Assembly (NCBI GenBank): GCA_938084645.1
Contig: CALKEP010000050.1
Location: forward strand, 1-11,711
DNA from: an uncultured Phycisphaerales bacterium
GTDB lineage: Bacteria; Planctomycetota; Phycisphaerae; Phycisphaerales; SM1A02
Length of the DNA stretch: 11,711 nucleotides
Direction: 5' to 3'
Position numbers and translations under genes: made by a program
Notes under the pieces: model-generated
The model's database searches: none
Seen by the model: only the letters and a program-made list of their open reading frames with translations
What the model was told of the DNA's origin: nothing
In this document: in pieces, positions 9,755 to 11,711 of the stretch
Position numbering within the stretch: position 1 is the stretch's first letter
How the letters are laid out: each line of letters opens with the position of its first letter

Positions 9755-10450
9755 ATGCATCGGATCACTCGTCGTCTCGCCGGCCTCATCGCGATCTCCG
9801 CGGCGTCCTTCGCCGCCATCGCGTGCACGCCCTATGCGACATTCCCCCCTGATGGCGGTTCCGTGGTACTCACCCCGGGCGTCTATCCGGTTCCGCAGTT
9901 GATGGGCAAGGCGCTCTCGGAGACCTATGCCCGGACCGTGGGTGATCTCGAACTGGTGTCGCCGGCGGCCGCGGAAGGCGAAGCGACGTCCCCGCCGCTG
10001 ATCTATGCACTGCCTTCGGGGATCAGCTCGAGCGACTGGCGTCAGATCGGCATCCTCACCGAAGTCGATTCCGCCCGTGAGGCCACGATGGCCGACATCG
10101 AGGAGGGCCTCCCGATCTGGGAGATCAGGCAGGTCAGGGTCCGGTCGAACCGTGCCGAGGTCGACGTCGCCTATCCGAGCAGCGGCGACCTCTACCAGCT
10201 TGCGACACTCGTCTACCTGTCCGAACCCTTCAGGGCCTACCAGCTGGATGTCTTCCAGCGATGGTTGATTCCGGCCGATCGACCGACGTGCGTGAATCCG
10301 GACGAGATCGCTCGCATCGAAGCGGAAGAGGCGGCGGCGGAAGCCGCTGCGGCCGCCGCTCAGGCCGAGGCGGAACAGGCCGCGTCCGAGAATGCGAACG
10401 GCGATGAAGCCGGTCCCGAGACGGACACGGACACCGCGGGTTCCGAGTGA
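9755..10450 (+). CDS. Hypothetical protein, probable lipoprotein
   Basis: GGAGG SD (9744-9748), ATG 9755. Basic N-terminus MHRITRR, hydrophobic h-region and AIA-C24 lipobox-like site. GC3-rich codon usage. Acidic Ala/Glu-rich C-terminal tail. Confidence 0.75.
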   Translation: MHRITRRLAGLIAISAASFAAIACTPYATFPPDGGSVVLTPGVYPVPQLMGKALSETYARTVGDLELVSPAAAEGEATSPPLIYALPSGISSSDWRQIGILTEVDSAREATMADIEEGLPIWEIRQVRVRSNRAEVDVAYPSSGDLYQLATLVYLSEPFRAYQLDVFQRWLIPADRPTCVNPDEIARIEAEEAAAEAAAAAAQAEAEQAASENANGDEAGPETDTDTAGSE

Positions 10451-10548
10451 TCATCCTTCCGGGATGACGAGGCAGCCGGCCCGACGTGGCTCGTGTCGGG
10501 AATCCACCCACCGGTGAACGACGAATCCGTCGGGAAGGGATTCCCCGC

Positions 10549-11199
10549 ATGACCGCATCCCAACCCATGAACACCCGTCGGATCGTGGTCGGAATCACCG
10601 GCGCGAGCGGTGCCGCCTACGCGGTTCGCGTGGTCGAGATGCTTGCGGCGCAGGGCGTCGAAGTTCACGTCGCGTGTTCGAACCTCGGGAAACGTCTTCT
10701 CGCCGAGGAGGCGGGCATCACGAAACTGGATGCGGACGCGTTGAGCGGAGGTCGGGGCGATCGCCTGGTGATGCACCCCGGCAACGACGTCGGTGCCGCC
10801 TGTGCCAGCGGCTCCTTCCAGCACGACGGCATGGTCGTGGTCCCCGCGTCGAGCAACACGCTGGCGAAGATCGCCCATGGGATCAGCGACAATCTCGTGC
10901 AGCGGGCCGCTCAAGTCACCCTGAAGGAACGCAGGCCGCTCGTGATCGCCCATCGGGAGAGTCCGATCGGGCTCACCGAGATCGAGGCGATGCGGAAGGT
11001 GACCGAGGCTGGCGCGATCGTCGCGCCCCTTTCGCCCGGTCTCTACCTCCAGCCGAAATCGGTGAACGACCTGGTCGATTTCATGGCGGGTCGTCTGCTC
11101 GACCTCCTCGGGGTCGAGCACCAGCTTCCGATTCGTTGGGACGAGCACCTCGCGGAACAGCGTCAAGCGACGGCAAACCGTCATTCGACGCCCCGATAA
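10549..11199 (+). CDS. ubiX: Flavin prenyltransferase UbiX family
   Basis: IVVGITGASGAAYA, ASGSF, MVVVPASSNTLAKIAHGISDNLVQRAAQVTLKERRPLVI, RESP, PGLYLQP, RW near the C-terminus. The start could also be the in-frame ATG at 10567. Confidence 0.93.
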   Translation: MTASQPMNTRRIVVGITGASGAAYAVRVVEMLAAQGVEVHVACSNLGKRLLAEEAGITKLDADALSGGRGDRLVMHPGNDVGAACASGSFQHDGMVVVPASSNTLAKIAHGISDNLVQRAAQVTLKERRPLVIAHRESPIGLTEIEAMRKVTEAGAIVAPLSPGLYLQPKSVNDLVDFMAGRLLDLLGVEHQLPIRWDEHLAEQRQATANRHSTPR

Positions 11200-11253
11200 T
11201 CCTGCATGGTTCCCCCAATCGGGAAAACTCTCACAAAACGACCAGAGCGATTT

Positions 11254-11562
11254 GCCCCCATGTCTCTTGGTGCCACTCTTGAGCGTCCGGGATGAGGGCA
11301 CCGCGGCAAGTCCGCGGGGGGCTCCACTCCGGAGGGTGAATTTCGGGGGCGTAGAGGGAAAGGGATTCCACTACGACAACTTGAGACATGTCGGGCCTGC
11401 ATTGAAGCGGTCCCAGGCATCTGGCGAGGCTATCCCTCGTTGCGGCGTTGTGCCGTGGACCTTCGGGTCCCGGGCGACTGCAATGAGTACGAGGGAAGAG
11501 AATTCCCTCTGCCCCGGCCGCTCTGATCAGGTGAAAGTCTGATCAGGGCGGCCTCTTTTTTT
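11254..11562 (+). ncRNA. Candidate structured non-coding RNA of unassigned family (boundaries approximate)
   Basis: Gene-free stretch with many hairpins (including C-UUCG-G), long-range helices GGGGC..AGAGGGAA/TTCCCTCT-GCCCC and CATGTCTC/GAGACATG, G-U pairs that fit the + strand, and a terminal intrinsic terminator. Confidence 0.6.
11516..11562 (+). terminator. Rho-independent terminator
   Basis: GGCCGCTCTGATCAGG-TGAAAG-TCTGATCAGGGCGGCC (16-bp stem, GAAA loop) followed by TCTTTTTTT. Confidence 0.88.
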
Positions 11563-11567
11563 GCGCT

Positions 11568-11711
11568 GCGGCAGACCCGCAAGGGGTCCGCCTGGCTTTC
11601 CTGATCTCGGTCGGCGCCGCGTGGCATCTCGCGTTCGCTCGGAACGACGGCGGCGCAGGCGCGTGCGGTCACCGATGTTCCAGACGGCTTTGAGTCCGTA
11701 GCGGCAGACCC
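11568..11711. repeat. 11-bp direct repeat GCGGCAGACCC at 11568-11578 and 11701-11711 (second copy cut by the window end)
   Basis: Exact match seen in the sequence, with starts 133 nt apart. Confidence 0.4.

Noticed and set aside
11221..11250. GAAAACTCTCACAAAACGACCAGAG resembles the 3' end of a glycine riboswitch aptamer
   Set aside because: It lacks the CUCUCAGG core and the upstream GGAGAG/CCGAAG elements, and no downstream gene is there to regulate.
11345..11375. GGGGGCG...GGATTC resembles a tmRNA 5' end
   Set aside because: No matching T-arm or CGCCUCCACCA 3' end and no tag ORF before the terminator.
11252..11542. 96-aa + strand ORF (and minus ORFs 11181-11420, 11430-11672) over the ncRNA candidate
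   Set aside because: TTG start with no SD, codon usage unlike neighbouring genes, stop inside the terminator stem, and no motif.

Overview
GC-rich bacterial housekeeping region with every supportable gene on the + strand. It is most likely from Planctomycetota (Phycisphaerae-like); this is inferred from the prepilin/H-X9-DG-type gene, the YKxGQG-type 3-TM SecE, the coaE-rho linkage and the atypical EF-Tu switch I. Gene order: cysS (5'-truncated), coaE, Zn-dependent aldehyde reductase/ADH, rho, prepilin-type protein, tRNA-Thr(GGT), tuf, rpmG (missed by the ORF track), tRNA-Trp(CCA), secE, nusG (long N-terminal extension), unknown lipoprotein, ubiX. The best lead is the gene-free ~310 nt after ubiX (about 11254-11562). 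It is densely packed with hairpins, has two mutually exclusive long-range folds and ends in a strong intrinsic terminator, so it looks like a structured ncRNA that I cannot assign to a known family (a divergent 6S RNA is not excluded). All folds were read by eye, and no database searches were run.
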